Shown piece after piece: positions 1 to 9,665 of a stretch of DNA of 64,000 nucleotides. The position numbers and the translations under genes were made by a program. Source of the stretch: Bacteroidota bacterium (GTDB taxonomy: Bacteria; Bacteroidota; Bacteroidia; Flavobacteriales_D; Crocinitomicaceae). Each line of letters starts with the position of its first letter. The stretch's first letter is position 1. Below the pieces are notes generated by a model. The model saw nothing but the letters and a program-made list of their open reading frames with translations, searched no databases and had not been told where the DNA came from. Location: assembly GCA_039800945.1 (NCBI GenBank), contig JBDLPT010000026.1:37120-101119 (forward strand). The letters are read 5' to 3'.

Positions 1-1
1 A

Positions 2-418
2 CACAGATACGACAAAGCTTACCTTAGACTCGCTTCTAGTTGGGCAATGCTTTCTCATTGTAAGCGCAAGCAAGTTGGCGCTATTATCGTAAAAGATGCC
101 ATTATTATTTCTGACGGTTACAACGGAACGCCTGCTGGCTTTGACAACTGTTGTGAAAACGAAAACAACGAAACCCATTGGTATGTCCTTCATGCAGAAG
201 CAAATGCCATTTTGAAGGTGGCAAAATCTACCAATAATTGCAAAGATGCTACGCTCTATTTAACGCATTCTCCTTGTAAAGACTGCAGCAAATTGGTGCT
301 TCAATCAGGTATCAAAAGATTGGTTTTTCAAGAAGCCTATAAAGATATTTCCGGTATTGAATTTTTAAAATCTGCCGGCTTAGAAGTTCAACAAATTGAA
401 AATATTGACGATGTCTGA
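2..418 (+). CDS. dCMP (deoxycytidylate) deaminase; the 5' end runs off the window
   Basis: Frame is open from base 2 (HRYDKAYLRLASSWAMLSHCKRKQVGA...). Zinc-binding deaminase motifs HAEANAI and PCKDCSKL are present. Confidence 0.85.
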   Translation, partial: HRYDKAYLRLASSWAMLSHCKRKQVGAIIVKDAIIISDGYNGTPAGFDNCCENENNETHWYVLHAEANAILKVAKSTNNCKDATLYLTHSPCKDCSKLVLQSGIKRLVFQEAYKDISGIEFLKSAGLEVQQIENIDDV

Positions 419-1976
419 AGACCGTCCAAAAATACTTTATTGGCTACCCGCTCTTCTCTCATTAACTGCGGCCCTGGGTCTATGGCTTGGTATTGAATTG
501 CTCGGAAATAACCACAGCAGCAAAGAACTGCAAAAGCTCGAGCAAATCTTTGAGGTTCTAGACGAACAATATGTCGATAAAATCAATAAAGACGAAATCT
601 TTGAACAAACCATATCAGAGTTACTGCATAAGCTAGACCCACACAGCAATTATATTTCAGCAAAAGAAATAAAAAGACTCGACGAACAAACCAATGCATC
701 TTTTGGCGGCATTGGCGTACGCTTTTTGCTTTTCCGCGATACCATTTGTGTTACACACGTCAATCGACTCTCACCCGCAGAACTTGGGGGGCTAAAACGT
801 GGTGATCGCATTATTAGAGTAAATAATAAACCGTCCTGCGGCAAATTCATGACTAACGACAAAGTCATGAACCTACTCAAAGGTGACCCCAACTCAAAAG
901 TCCGTGTAACCATATTGCGCCAAGGTAAAAAACTTCAAAAGACCCTCACAAGAGGAATTATCCCTATTCCAACCGTAAACTGTGCTTACCTAATTAAAGA
1001 TCACGTCGGATACATCCGTATTTCACAATTTTCCATTCCTACAGCAACTGAGTTTCGCGCAGCGGCTGCACTTTTATTGCAAAAAGGCATGAAAAAACTA
1101 GTGCTTGACCTCAGAGGAAACAGTGGAGGCACCATGGAAACCTGCATTCAAATTGCCGATGAATTCTTGCCAGCTAACAGGCTTATATTGAGCTCAAAAG
1201 GCTTGCACAGCGGCGAAAAGAAATACAAAGCAACCAGTGAAGGCATTCTTGAAGACATCAAGGTTGCAGTGCTAATAGACGCACAATCTGCCTCTGCTAG
1301 TGAAATTTTAGCAGGCGCCCTTCAAGACAATGACAGAGCGGTTGTTTTAGGTCGCAGGTCTTACGGAAAAGGGCTCATTCAGCAAGACAAACGTTTGAGC
1401 GATGGTTCAAATCTGCGCATTACAATCGCCCGCTATTACACTCCTTCTGGGCGGTCTATCCAAAGGCCCTACAAAAATGGTTACGACGCCTATAAATTAG
1501 ACGAACAACGCGCATACAACGATGAATACTTCAAACCTGATTCCAGTATTTTTGTAGATTCACTAAAATTCAAAACAAGAAAAGGTCGAGTGGTTTATGG
1601 AGGAGGTGGTATCATGCCAGACATCTTCATTCCTGGAGACACAACAGGCACTAGTATTTATTTATCTGAATTGCAGTGGTCTGGGGTTTTCAATGCGTTT
1701 GCATTTAACTACCTAAATCAAAACCCTCAAGCCAAACAACTAGATGCATTTCTGAAAGAATTTCAAGTGACAGACGCCCTTCTTAAAGAGTTCACTGCTT
1801 TTGCCCAGAAAGAATTCAAAGTGAGGTATCAAGAAGCTGAATTTAAGCACAGCAAGGCTAGGATTTCAATGCTATTAAAAGCTGAAATAGCGAGTCATCT
1901 ATTTGTCGAAAACGGATATTTCCGAGTAATTAATGCTCAGGATAACGAAGTACAGCGTGCGCTCAAAGTTCTGTAA
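396..1976 (+). CDS. S41 family C-terminal processing peptidase with PDZ domain
   Basis: N-terminal TM anchor. Motifs FGGIGV, LDLRGNSGG and the SASASEILAG catalytic-Ser region are present. The ATG at 411 is an alternative start that would overlap the upstream stop by 8 nt. Confidence 0.85.
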   Translation: MKILTMSEDRPKILYWLPALLSLTAALGLWLGIELLGNNHSSKELQKLEQIFEVLDEQYVDKINKDEIFEQTISELLHKLDPHSNYISAKEIKRLDEQTNASFGGIGVRFLLFRDTICVTHVNRLSPAELGGLKRGDRIIRVNNKPSCGKFMTNDKVMNLLKGDPNSKVRVTILRQGKKLQKTLTRGIIPIPTVNCAYLIKDHVGYIRISQFSIPTATEFRAAAALLLQKGMKKLVLDLRGNSGGTMETCIQIADEFLPANRLILSSKGLHSGEKKYKATSEGILEDIKVAVLIDAQSASASEILAGALQDNDRAVVLGRRSYGKGLIQQDKRLSDGSNLRITIARYYTPSGRSIQRPYKNGYDAYKLDEQRAYNDEYFKPDSSIFVDSLKFKTRKGRVVYGGGGIMPDIFIPGDTTGTSIYLSELQWSGVFNAFAFNYLNQNPQAKQLDAFLKEFQVTDALLKEFTAFAQKEFKVRYQEAEFKHSKARISMLLKAEIASHLFVENGYFRVINAQDNEVQRALKVL

Positions 1977-1980
1977 GAGC

Positions 1981-2085
1981 TTATTTTCTATCGGTTAAAA
2001 AGACCGCAAAAATAATCCCAAGAATTCCGAGTACGGCTCCGACAGCCCACCAAAGATTGCCGTCAAATTGTGCAAGTGCTAGCAT
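1981..2085 (-). CDS. possible 34-aa single-TM small protein (MLALAQFDGNLWWAVGAVLGILGIIFAVFLTDRK)
   Basis: ATG-to-TAA ORF read by hand, below the 60-aa cutoff of the supplied track. It has a hydrophobic core with a charged C-terminus. No recognisable -7 box lies upstream. Confidence 0.25.
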   Translation of the reverse strand: MLALAQFDGNLWWAVGAVLGILGIIFAVFLTDRK

Positions 2086-2200
2086 GGTTTCTTGATTTAT
2101 AAGTTTAAGTTATCTTATAAAATCATTCATGCGCACTTAAATGAACAAAGCAATGATTTGGCTGAACAAGCAAGAAGCCTCATAGAATATAAATATCTAG

Positions 2201-3325
2201 TTAGCTATTTTTCAACCACTTGTAATACCAATCGTTGGCCATTAGATAATAGACACCAGGAGGCAAGCGCTCCAGATTGTATTTACTTTTTCCTCTTTCG
2301 GTTTTCAATACTACTTTTCTATTCATATCTACCAGCGTCAAAATTTCATTGAATGATTCTGGTAAATACAACGTGTTTTCAAAAAAGTACAATCCCGGAA
2401 CCAATTTTTCCATACCGGCCGTCATGATGTCTTCGACAGACCACGCATGAATTTTCGCCGGTATGGTAATAACCGAACTGATCTGTTCGCCGCTAATAAA
2501 TCCGTTGTACTGTCCTGTTAAACAAAGTCCCTCGGTCTGAGATAAAACCAATGCAGAACCCAATTCTATCCTGCGTCTGAACCCATTAAAAACTTGAACA
2601 GAGTCATCCCAGAATGCCCACATAAAAGAAGTGTACATGCCGCTGCTTTGCTGCTTGTAGCCCAATAAATACAATTGCTGGGTATTGGCATTATAGGCTG
2701 CATCAGTAATGAGTCCGTCAACAAAAAATGAATCGACAAGTTGAGCGGAAATGGTGTCTTGCCAATGGCTTGGTAAAACATAGTGTTTGGTCCATAAATT
2801 AGCCCAGTTTTTAGAGAAGATGTGCAGAGAGTCATTCCAATAAGCAAATGCCTCTGCATCAAAATTATGGGCGTTCATTGGTAAATTTACTGACGGCTGA
2901 TTTGGCAAATAATAAGTTTGCTGCAGCGCATTTAAGGTATCGACACCCGCTAAACTATTTATCGAAATCTTGTAAACTTGAAAATATTGGCGAGCACCCA
3001 TGTTGTTGCCAATGTCTCCGATGAAAAAATCTGTTGGGGAAGCAGTGAGGGCCTCCCAATCTTGATTTTGAGCATTGGCAATCGTCCAGGTTTTAAGGGT
3101 TTGGCCATTTGCCGGGTCGATTCCTTTCAATTCAGGTGCGTTGCCGCTATCATTAATAGAAAAAAGGGTGTCGTTTCGAAAAAATAGGCCCGATGTTTCT
3201 TCATTGCCAACACTCAGATTCGCTACAAATTGTGGGCTGATTTGAACAGTAGGAAGTGTTGTTCCTGGTTGTGCCCAAAATGGGGCTGTAATAAATAGAA
3301 AGAAAAGAAAGGAGAAGATTTTCAT
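2201..3325 (-). CDS. secreted protein with T9SS type A C-terminal sorting domain; N-terminal part is beta-propeller/phytase-like, function unknown
   Basis: Signal peptide MKIFSFLFFLFITAPFWAQ. The C-terminus (...VVLKTERGKSKYNLERLPPGVYYLMAND...) is typical of Por/T9SS CTDs. The start overlaps the upstream stop (ATGA). Confidence 0.6.
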   Translation of the reverse strand: MKIFSFLFFLFITAPFWAQPGTTLPTVQISPQFVANLSVGNEETSGLFFRNDTLFSINDSGNAPELKGIDPANGQTLKTWTIANAQNQDWEALTASPTDFFIGDIGNNMGARQYFQVYKISINSLAGVDTLNALQQTYYLPNQPSVNLPMNAHNFDAEAFAYWNDSLHIFSKNWANLWTKHYVLPSHWQDTISAQLVDSFFVDGLITDAAYNANTQQLYLLGYKQQSSGMYTSFMWAFWDDSVQVFNGFRRRIELGSALVLSQTEGLCLTGQYNGFISGEQISSVITIPAKIHAWSVEDIMTAGMEKLVPGLYFFENTLYLPESFNEILTLVDMNRKVVLKTERGKSKYNLERLPPGVYYLMANDWYYKWLKNS

Positions 3326-4179
3326 TCAAAAATTTTGTGTTCCCAACCCGCAGCTTCGTCTTCGGTTACCAAATGCAAATCATGCAGCGTTTCAACAACT
3401 TTTTCAATAGCTGGTTTTTCAATTCCTAGTTGATCTGACCATTCGGTTTTATACAACCAAGACGTAACCTCATCCTTTTTTAAGGCATAACGCCAGGCTA
3501 AAACCTCAGCGGCGTCTGGGCTGTTTTTTAATTCTTGGGCGCGTTGCTGAATGATAGGAAGGATTGCATGAACAAGGTCTGATTCTTGGGCAAGAATTTC
3601 AGAACGAACGGCAATCACAAAACATGGCCACGGAGTAAGCACTTCGCCAATTCTTTTGCATTTGCCTTGATCTACAAATGGTTGGGTTGTATATCTTTCC
3701 CAAAGAAATCCTTGTGCTTCGTCATTGCTTAAGGCCCAAAGACCTCCATAAACATCCCCAACGACATTGAAACTGAGCTCTGAGGGGTCCCAACCTTGTT
3801 GTTTGGCAAGCACAAAAGACATTAAATGAGAGCCTGATGCTTCTCTTGAAATGGCAAAGGTGCCAGCCTCGAGGTCTTCTAATTCTTGAATATTTTGATT
3901 GGCTGGCACATGAACACCCCATATAAGAGGAGACTTCACATAAACCGCAATAATTTTAGCATCAAGGCCTTTTAAAATAGCACGAGTAATTCCTTCGGTA
4001 AGCAGTACAGCAATATCAAGGGTTCCTGCTTGTAGACCTTTGATCATTTGGCCGGTGCCGCCTGTCATGTCTGACCAATGCAACTCAATGCCTGCAGATT
4101 TAAATCTACCCTCTTCGATGGCCAGCCTCCATGGTAAATTAAAATGCTCTGGGACTCCGCCTATTTTTAACCGTTTCAT
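3322..4179 (-). CDS. cytoplasmic periplasmic-binding-protein-fold protein (NMT1/THI5/SsuA-like)
   Basis: No signal peptide. The GGVPEHFNLPW N-terminus and overall pattern resemble the NMT1/THI5-like substrate-binding fold. ATGA overlaps occur at both ends. Confidence 0.4.
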   Translation of the reverse strand: MKRLKIGGVPEHFNLPWRLAIEEGRFKSAGIELHWSDMTGGTGQMIKGLQAGTLDIAVLLTEGITRAILKGLDAKIIAVYVKSPLIWGVHVPANQNIQELEDLEAGTFAISREASGSHLMSFVLAKQQGWDPSELSFNVVGDVYGGLWALSNDEAQGFLWERYTTQPFVDQGKCKRIGEVLTPWPCFVIAVRSEILAQESDLVHAILPIIQQRAQELKNSPDAAEVLAWRYALKKDEVTSWLYKTEWSDQLGIEKPAIEKVVETLHDLHLVTEDEAAGWEHKIFE

Positions 4180-5942
4180 TCTTCTTGCTGATTAAAATAT
4201 TGACGATCATAAAGATTTTTATAATGTCCATCTACACGAATAAGTTCGTCATGGCTTCCTTGTTCGATGATTTCACCTTTCTCCATTACCACAATTCGAT
4301 TTGCTTGTCTGATGGTAGAAAGTCTGTGTGCAATCACAATTGAAGTGCGCCCTTTTGTTAATTTTTCAGTTGCATTTTTAATTAACAATTCACTTTCGCT
4401 GTCTACGCTTGAAGTGGCTTCGTCTAAAATGAGCAATTCTGGATTATAGACATAGGCTCTAATGAATGCCAAAAGTTGTCTTTGGCCTACCGATAAGGTA
4501 CCGCCCCTTTCGCCAATAGGTTGCTCGTATTTCAAAGGCAACTGCTCAATAAAATCATGAGCGCCAACAGCTTTAGCCGCAGTAACTACTTGCTCTTTAC
4601 TGATTGCTGGGTCTCCAAGGGTGATATTATTGAAAACAGTATCTGAAAAGAGAAAAACATCTTGTAAAACAATGGCAATGTGTTTTCTTAAAGTTTCAAG
4701 AGAAATGTCTTCAATAGAAACGGCACCGATTTTAATTTGACCAGATTGGTGCTCGTAAAACCTCCCTAACAAATTGACTAAAGTTGTTTTGCCAGAACCG
4801 GTTGCCCCAACAATGGCAACGGTTTCACCCTGTTTAATGGTTAAACTTAGGTTTTTTAATACTTGTTGGCCCTCAACATAGGCAAATTCAATATTGCTAA
4901 ATTGAAGGTCTTGATGAAAATCTACTTCTTTGATTTTACCATCTGTTTGTACGTCCGTTTGCTCATCTAAAACTGCAAAAATGCGCTCGGCTCTAACGGT
5001 ACCTCTTTGCAAAATATTGAATTTATCAGCGAGCATTCTAATTGGGCGATAAAGTTGGCTGATCCAAAATACAAATGCGAAAATTTGCCCAAACATATTC
5101 TTCACTTCTAGATCCGTTTTGCCAGATGCTTGAAGCGCACCCCAAACAAGCAAGGATGCAATAGAAAGTGAGCTTAGTAATTCCACTAATGGAAAGAAAA
5201 TTGAGTTTGCCCAAACTGCTTTAATGTGTGCGCCGCGATGCGCCATATTTATTTGTTCAAATTGAGCCGCTTCGTTTTTTTGTCGGTTAAACAATTGAAC
5301 CAAGCTCATGCCAGTAAGTCTTTCTTGAACAAAAGTGTTTAATTTGGTTACCGCCACTCTTTCTTGCTGAAAAGATGCTTTCATGGCCTTGGCAAAAATT
5401 CGGGTCGAGAAAATAAGGATTGGAACCGGAATAAGGGTCATGAGTGCCAGCTGCCAATTGGTTAAGAACATGAAAAGAATGATCAAAAGCAAAGACAACA
5501 AGTCTGCAGCAATATCCATTACACCTGAAGAAAATACTTCGGTAATTGCTTCCATGTCAGACACTACTCTTGTCACCATTGCGCCAACGGGATTTTTATC
5601 AAAATAGGCAACTCTGAGCTGCATAAAATGCTTAATCACTTTTTGGCGAAGATCTCTAATTACAGACTGGGCCAATAAATTAGAGAAATAGGTACTAACT
5701 ACCTGGAACAAAGCCTCTAACAACAACATCAATAATACGAGCAACGAACCAAGAAGTAAAAGGTTCGGGTCTTGATTTTTTATGAGGTAGCGCTCAATGA
5801 TCTGGCCAATGACATAAGGCCGAGTTGGAGATAATGCCGCAAGAAGTATGGTAGTTGAAACCGCAATAATTAAATATTTTCGATAGGGTCTTGCAAAGCT
5901 TAACAAGCGTTTGAACAAGGAATATTGCAGGTTTTCACTCAT
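4176..5942 (-). CDS. ABC exporter, fused permease/ATPase (MdlB/MsbA-like)
   Basis: Six-TM exporter domain plus NBD. Walker A GATGSGKTT, signature LSVGQRQ, Walker B LLILDEATS. Confidence 0.85.
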   Translation of the reverse strand: MSENLQYSLFKRLLSFARPYRKYLIIAVSTTILLAALSPTRPYVIGQIIERYLIKNQDPNLLLLGSLLVLLMLLLEALFQVVSTYFSNLLAQSVIRDLRQKVIKHFMQLRVAYFDKNPVGAMVTRVVSDMEAITEVFSSGVMDIAADLLSLLLIILFMFLTNWQLALMTLIPVPILIFSTRIFAKAMKASFQQERVAVTKLNTFVQERLTGMSLVQLFNRQKNEAAQFEQINMAHRGAHIKAVWANSIFFPLVELLSSLSIASLLVWGALQASGKTDLEVKNMFGQIFAFVFWISQLYRPIRMLADKFNILQRGTVRAERIFAVLDEQTDVQTDGKIKEVDFHQDLQFSNIEFAYVEGQQVLKNLSLTIKQGETVAIVGATGSGKTTLVNLLGRFYEHQSGQIKIGAVSIEDISLETLRKHIAIVLQDVFLFSDTVFNNITLGDPAISKEQVVTAAKAVGAHDFIEQLPLKYEQPIGERGGTLSVGQRQLLAFIRAYVYNPELLILDEATSSVDSESELLIKNATEKLTKGRTSIVIAHRLSTIRQANRIVVMEKGEIIEQGSHDELIRVDGHYKNLYDRQYFNQQEE

Positions 5943-5949
5943 TTGATTA

Positions 5950-5957
5950 CAAAATTA
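5950..5957 (-). promoter_or_regulatory. candidate sigma-A -7 box TAATTTTG for the ABC exporter operon
   Basis: Exact TAnnTTTG on the minus strand, with only 7 nt between the box and the ATG at 5942. Confidence 0.4.
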
Positions 5958-5970
5958 CTTCTTAATTCCT

Positions 5971-5978
5971 TACCTTTG
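5971..5978 (+). promoter_or_regulatory. candidate sigma-A -7 box TACCTTTG for prs
   Basis: Exact TAnnTTTG, 19 nt upstream of the GTG at 5998. Confidence 0.5.
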
Positions 5979-5997
5979 CACCTCAATTTCAATAAAG

Positions 5998-6927
5998 GTG
6001 GGCGTTAAAATTTTTGCAGGACGTGCTTCAGAGCACTTAGCTTCTCAAATCGCAAAGTCGTTTGGGGCGCAATTAGGTGATGTAAAAGTTACCGTATTTT
6101 CCGACGGAGAATTCCAACCTTCTTTTGAAGAAACCGTTCGTGGCCAAGATGTTTTCATTGTACAATCTACAATGCCGCCAACCGAAAATCTTTTTGAATT
6201 ACTCTTACTCATCGATGCCGCAAGAAGAGCTTCAGCTCGTAAAATTATTGCTGTTATCCCTTACTTCGGATTTGCACGTCAAGACCGCAAAGACAAACCT
6301 AGGGTTGCAATTGGTGCAAAACTAGTGGCCAACATGCTTATGGCTGCTGGCGTAGACCGCATCATGACCATGGACCTTCACGCCGACCAAATTCAAGGTT
6401 TCTTTGAAGTACCCGTAGACCACCTTTTTGCCTCTACACTTTTCTTAAAAGAAATTGAAGCGCTCGACCAACAAAACTTAGTGGTTGCTGCACCAGACGC
6501 AGGAGGTGCTAAAAGAGCCAATTCTTATGCTAAGAAACTAAACTGCGGTTTAGCTTTGTGCCATAAACACCGTAAAAAAGCCAACGAAATTGCAGAAATG
6601 ACCGTTATCGGTGATGTTACTGGAAAAGATGTTGTCATCATTGACGACATGTGTGACACCGCCGGAACCCTCACCACTGCAGCCGACTTACTCATTGAAA
6701 AAGGAGCTAAAAGTGTTCGTGCCTTTACCACCCACGCAGTATTGAGTGGGCCGGCATTTGAGCGCATTGAAGCTTCTAAATTAACCGAACTTATCGTTAC
6801 CGATACCATTCCGCTTAGCCAAAGCAGTAACAAAATCAGAGTGGTTTCCGTAACAGATTTGTTTGCCGATGTCATCAAAAGACTCGTCAACAATGAATCA
6901 ATAAGTTCTCATTTTGTAATCTCTTAA
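5998..6927 (+). CDS. prs: ribose-phosphate pyrophosphokinase
   Basis: DLHADQIQGFF and the PRPP-binding loop VVIIDDMCDTAGT. GTG start as in the ORF track. Confidence 0.95.
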   Translation: MGVKIFAGRASEHLASQIAKSFGAQLGDVKVTVFSDGEFQPSFEETVRGQDVFIVQSTMPPTENLFELLLLIDAARRASARKIIAVIPYFGFARQDRKDKPRVAIGAKLVANMLMAAGVDRIMTMDLHADQIQGFFEVPVDHLFASTLFLKEIEALDQQNLVVAAPDAGGAKRANSYAKKLNCGLALCHKHRKKANEIAEMTVIGDVTGKDVVIIDDMCDTAGTLTTAADLLIEKGAKSVRAFTTHAVLSGPAFERIEASKLTELIVTDTIPLSQSSNKIRVVSVTDLFADVIKRLVNNESISSHFVIS

Positions 6928-6939
6928 ATTAATATATAC

Positions 6940-7533
6940 ATGAAAACAGCACATTTGAGCGGTTCGCTTAGAACGAACGTAGGGAAAAAGGATGCTGCGG
7001 CTTTGCGTAACGCTGGCCTAGTTCCTTGTGTGCTTTACGGTCAAGGTGAGCAAACTCACTTCGCAGTAAAGCGAACAGAAATCGACAAAATCGTTTTTTC
7101 TCCAGACGTATTTCAAGTAGCACTTGACATCGAAGGTAAAAAAGCAGTTGGTATCATCCGTGAGTTGCAACAACACCCAACCAAAGACACCATTCAACAC
7201 GTAGATTTCTATGAACTCAATGAGTCTAAAGAAGTCCGCGTTAAATTACCAGTTCGCATTACAGGTTCTTCTAGAGGTGTAATGGCCGGTGGTAAATTAA
7301 TGACTGTATTCCGTCAGTTACAATGTGTTGGTCTTCCAAGCGCGTTGCCTGATGCAATTACACTTGACATCACCAAACTTCGTATTGGTCAGTCAATTCG
7401 TATAAACAGCATTGAAATTCCAGGTGTTAAATTCCTAGACCCTGCAAACGCAGTGGTTGTTGCCGTTAAAATGGCTCGTGGTGCTGTTAAAGGTGCTGAT
7501 GCCGGAGACGACGAAGAGGAAGAAGAAGCATAA
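6940..7533 (+). CDS. rplY: 50S ribosomal protein L25 / general stress protein Ctc
   Basis: Long Ctc-form L25 with an acidic C-terminal tail (DDEEEEEA). Confidence 0.9.
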   Translation: MKTAHLSGSLRTNVGKKDAAALRNAGLVPCVLYGQGEQTHFAVKRTEIDKIVFSPDVFQVALDIEGKKAVGIIRELQQHPTKDTIQHVDFYELNESKEVRVKLPVRITGSSRGVMAGGKLMTVFRQLQCVGLPSALPDAITLDITKLRIGQSIRINSIEIPGVKFLDPANAVVVAVKMARGAVKGADAGDDEEEEEA

Positions 7534-7552
7534 TCGAATTCCACAATTATTT

Positions 7553-7580
7553 AAAACCGCCCTCGTGGCGGTTTTTTTTT
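7553..7580 (+). terminator. rho-independent terminator after rplY
   Basis: AAAACCGCC-ctcgt-GGCGGTTTT hairpin followed by a T9 run. Confidence 0.8.
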
Positions 7581-7614
7581 GTCACTTTTGTTCGCTAATT
7601 TCGTTGTAAGAACT

Positions 7615-8331
7615 ATGACCCAACCACGCACCCTTATCGTGATTCCAACCTACAACGAAAAAGACAATGTAGGCAACATGGTGCAAGCAATTCTCAACCT
7701 TCAACAGGGTTATCACATTCTTTTCATCGACGACAACTCCCCTGACGGTACCGCTCAAGTAATTGAAATGCTCATGGAAAAACATCCAGAAGTCTTTCTA
7801 GAAAAAAGGGCCGGTAAACTCGGACTCGGGACCGCCTATATCCATGGCTTCAAGTGGGCTCTGCAACGAGACTACTTTTATATCCTCGAAATGGATTGCG
7901 ATTTTTCTCATGATCCAAAAGACTTGCCAAGGCTCATCAATGCTTGTGAACAAGGCGCAGATGTGAGTATTGGCTCTAGATATGTAAGTGGCGGACGCGT
8001 TCGAAATTGGCCGCTTAAACGCATCTTAATGAGCTATTTTGCAAGTGTCTACGTTCGACTCATCTTATGGATGAATATTAAAGATACAACTGCTGGGTTT
8101 AAATGTTACAAAGCAAAAGTGCTTGCCAGTATTCCGCTTGACTCCATTCCATTCAAAGGATACGCTTTTCAAATTTGCATGAAATTTGCAGCAATGCAGC
8201 TCGGATTTCGTATTAAAGAAATTCCCATCACTTTTATTGACCGCGTTGCCGGTGATTCAAAGATGAGTAAAGGTATTTTTAAAGAGGCCTTTTTTGGGGT
8301 CTGGCAAATGAAAAAAATGAAATGGAAATGA
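7615..8331 (+). CDS. GT2 polyprenol-phosphate mannosyltransferase (dolichyl-phosphate mannose synthase-like)
   Basis: LIVIPTYNEKDN, IDDNSPDGT and DCDFSHDP motifs. I start it at ATG 7615, because the track start at 7579 lies inside the rplY terminator. Confidence 0.8.
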   Translation: MTQPRTLIVIPTYNEKDNVGNMVQAILNLQQGYHILFIDDNSPDGTAQVIEMLMEKHPEVFLEKRAGKLGLGTAYIHGFKWALQRDYFYILEMDCDFSHDPKDLPRLINACEQGADVSIGSRYVSGGRVRNWPLKRILMSYFASVYVRLILWMNIKDTTAGFKCYKAKVLASIPLDSIPFKGYAFQICMKFAAMQLGFRIKEIPITFIDRVAGDSKMSKGIFKEAFFGVWQMKKMKWK

Positions 8332-9665
8332 AAACTATTTTAAGAAACGGAACACTTGTAAACGAAGGGACATCTTTTGTAGCCGATATTTTAATTTCAA
8401 ATGGCAGAATTGAAAAAATTGCCAATCAAATTTCAATCCAAGAAGCACACGAAGAAATAGATGCAAGTGGGCTATTTGTTTTACCAGGTTGTATTGACGA
8501 TCAAGTCCATTTTAGAGAGCCAGGCTTAACGCACAAAGGAAATATTTACAGTGAATCTAGAGCCGCTGTTGCGGGAGGCATCACCAGCTTTATGGAAATG
8601 CCCAACACCGTTCCAAATGCCCTTACTCAAAAATTACTCGAAGACAAATATCAAATCGCCAGCAAATCTTCTCTTGCCAATTACTCATTTTTTATGGGTG
8701 CTTCAAATGACAACTTAGAAGAAGTACTCAAAACCGACACCTCTAAAATTTGCGGTGTAAAGGTTTTCATGGGTTCTTCTACGGGAAACATGTTGGTTGA
8801 CAAAGAAAGTGTCTTAGAGGGCTTGTTTTCACGCGTGGGGGCACTAATTGCCACTCACTGTGAAGATGAACACACCGTCAAAAGCAACTTGGCGGCATTT
8901 CAAGCAAAATACGGCCAAGACATCCCTGTGAGCGCCCATCCATTGATTCGAAATACAGAGGCTTGCTATCTTTCGTCTTCAAAAGCAGTTGAATTGGCTA
9001 AAAAACACGGTGCACGCCTTCACATACTACATATTTCTACGGCCAAAGAAACAGGTCTTTTTGACAAGCATCTTCCGCTTGAACAAAAACTCATTACCGC
9101 TGAAGCCTGTGTGCATCACCTTTGGTTTACCGATCAAGATTATGCCGAAAAAGGCAATTTCATCAAATGGAATCCGGCTGTCAAATCATTAGATGACCGC
9201 GAAGCTATTTGGCAAGCCGTTCTCGATAACCGCATTGACGTAATTGCCACCGATCATGCTCCTCATACCCTTGAAGAAAAATCTCAAGCCTACACCTCAG
9301 CTCCTTCAGGCGGGCCACTTGTACAACACGCCTTGTTAGCCATGTTAGACCAAGTAAAAAATGGCAGATTATCGATAGAGCGCGTAGTTGAAAAAATGGC
9401 ACACGCACCCGCTGTCTTATTTAAAATTCAAGACCGCGGATTTCTTAGAGAAGGTTATTTTGCAGATCTTGTGCTCGTTTCTTCAAAGCCAAGTGCAATC
9501 GTAGATAAATCCAATTTGCTATACAAGTGCGGCTGGTCTCCATTTGAAGGCCATCAATTTACTCATTCTATTGACAGCACTTATGTCAACGGAAATCGGG
9601 TCTACTCCAATCAGCAGATTCATGAAGGAACCAACGGAAGCAGGTTGGCATTTTTACCGCGATGA
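8322..9665 (+). CDS. pyrC: dihydroorotase (cyclic amidohydrolase family)
   Basis: DDQVHFREPG and ATDHAPH metal-binding motifs. The ATG at 8328 (ATGA overlap with the upstream stop) is an alternative start. Confidence 0.8.
   Translation: MEMKTILRNGTLVNEGTSFVADILISNGRIEKIANQISIQEAHEEIDASGLFVLPGCIDDQVHFREPGLTHKGNIYSESRAAVAGGITSFMEMPNTVPNALTQKLLEDKYQIASKSSLANYSFFMGASNDNLEEVLKTDTSKICGVKVFMGSSTGNMLVDKESVLEGLFSRVGALIATHCEDEHTVKSNLAAFQAKYGQDIPVSAHPLIRNTEACYLSSSKAVELAKKHGARLHILHISTAKETGLFDKHLPLEQKLITAEACVHHLWFTDQDYAEKGNFIKWNPAVKSLDDREAIWQAVLDNRIDVIATDHAPHTLEEKSQAYTSAPSGGPLVQHALLAMLDQVKNGRLSIERVVEKMAHAPAVLFKIQDRGFLREGYFADLVLVSSKPSAIVDKSNLLYKCGWSPFEGHQFTHSIDSTYVNGNRVYSNQQIHEGTNGSRLAFLPR

Noticed and set aside
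2092-2352. 86-aa plus-strand ORF
   Set aside because: It overlaps the 3' end of the T9SS-cargo gene in antisense, and its upstream half lies in AT-rich spacer without a promoter motif. The composition is not protein-like.
7579-7614. TTG-initiated 12-codon extension of the GT2 mannosyltransferase ORF
   Set aside because: It starts inside the T-run of the rplY terminator. The conserved sequence begins at ATG 7615 (MTQPRTLIVIPTYNE).
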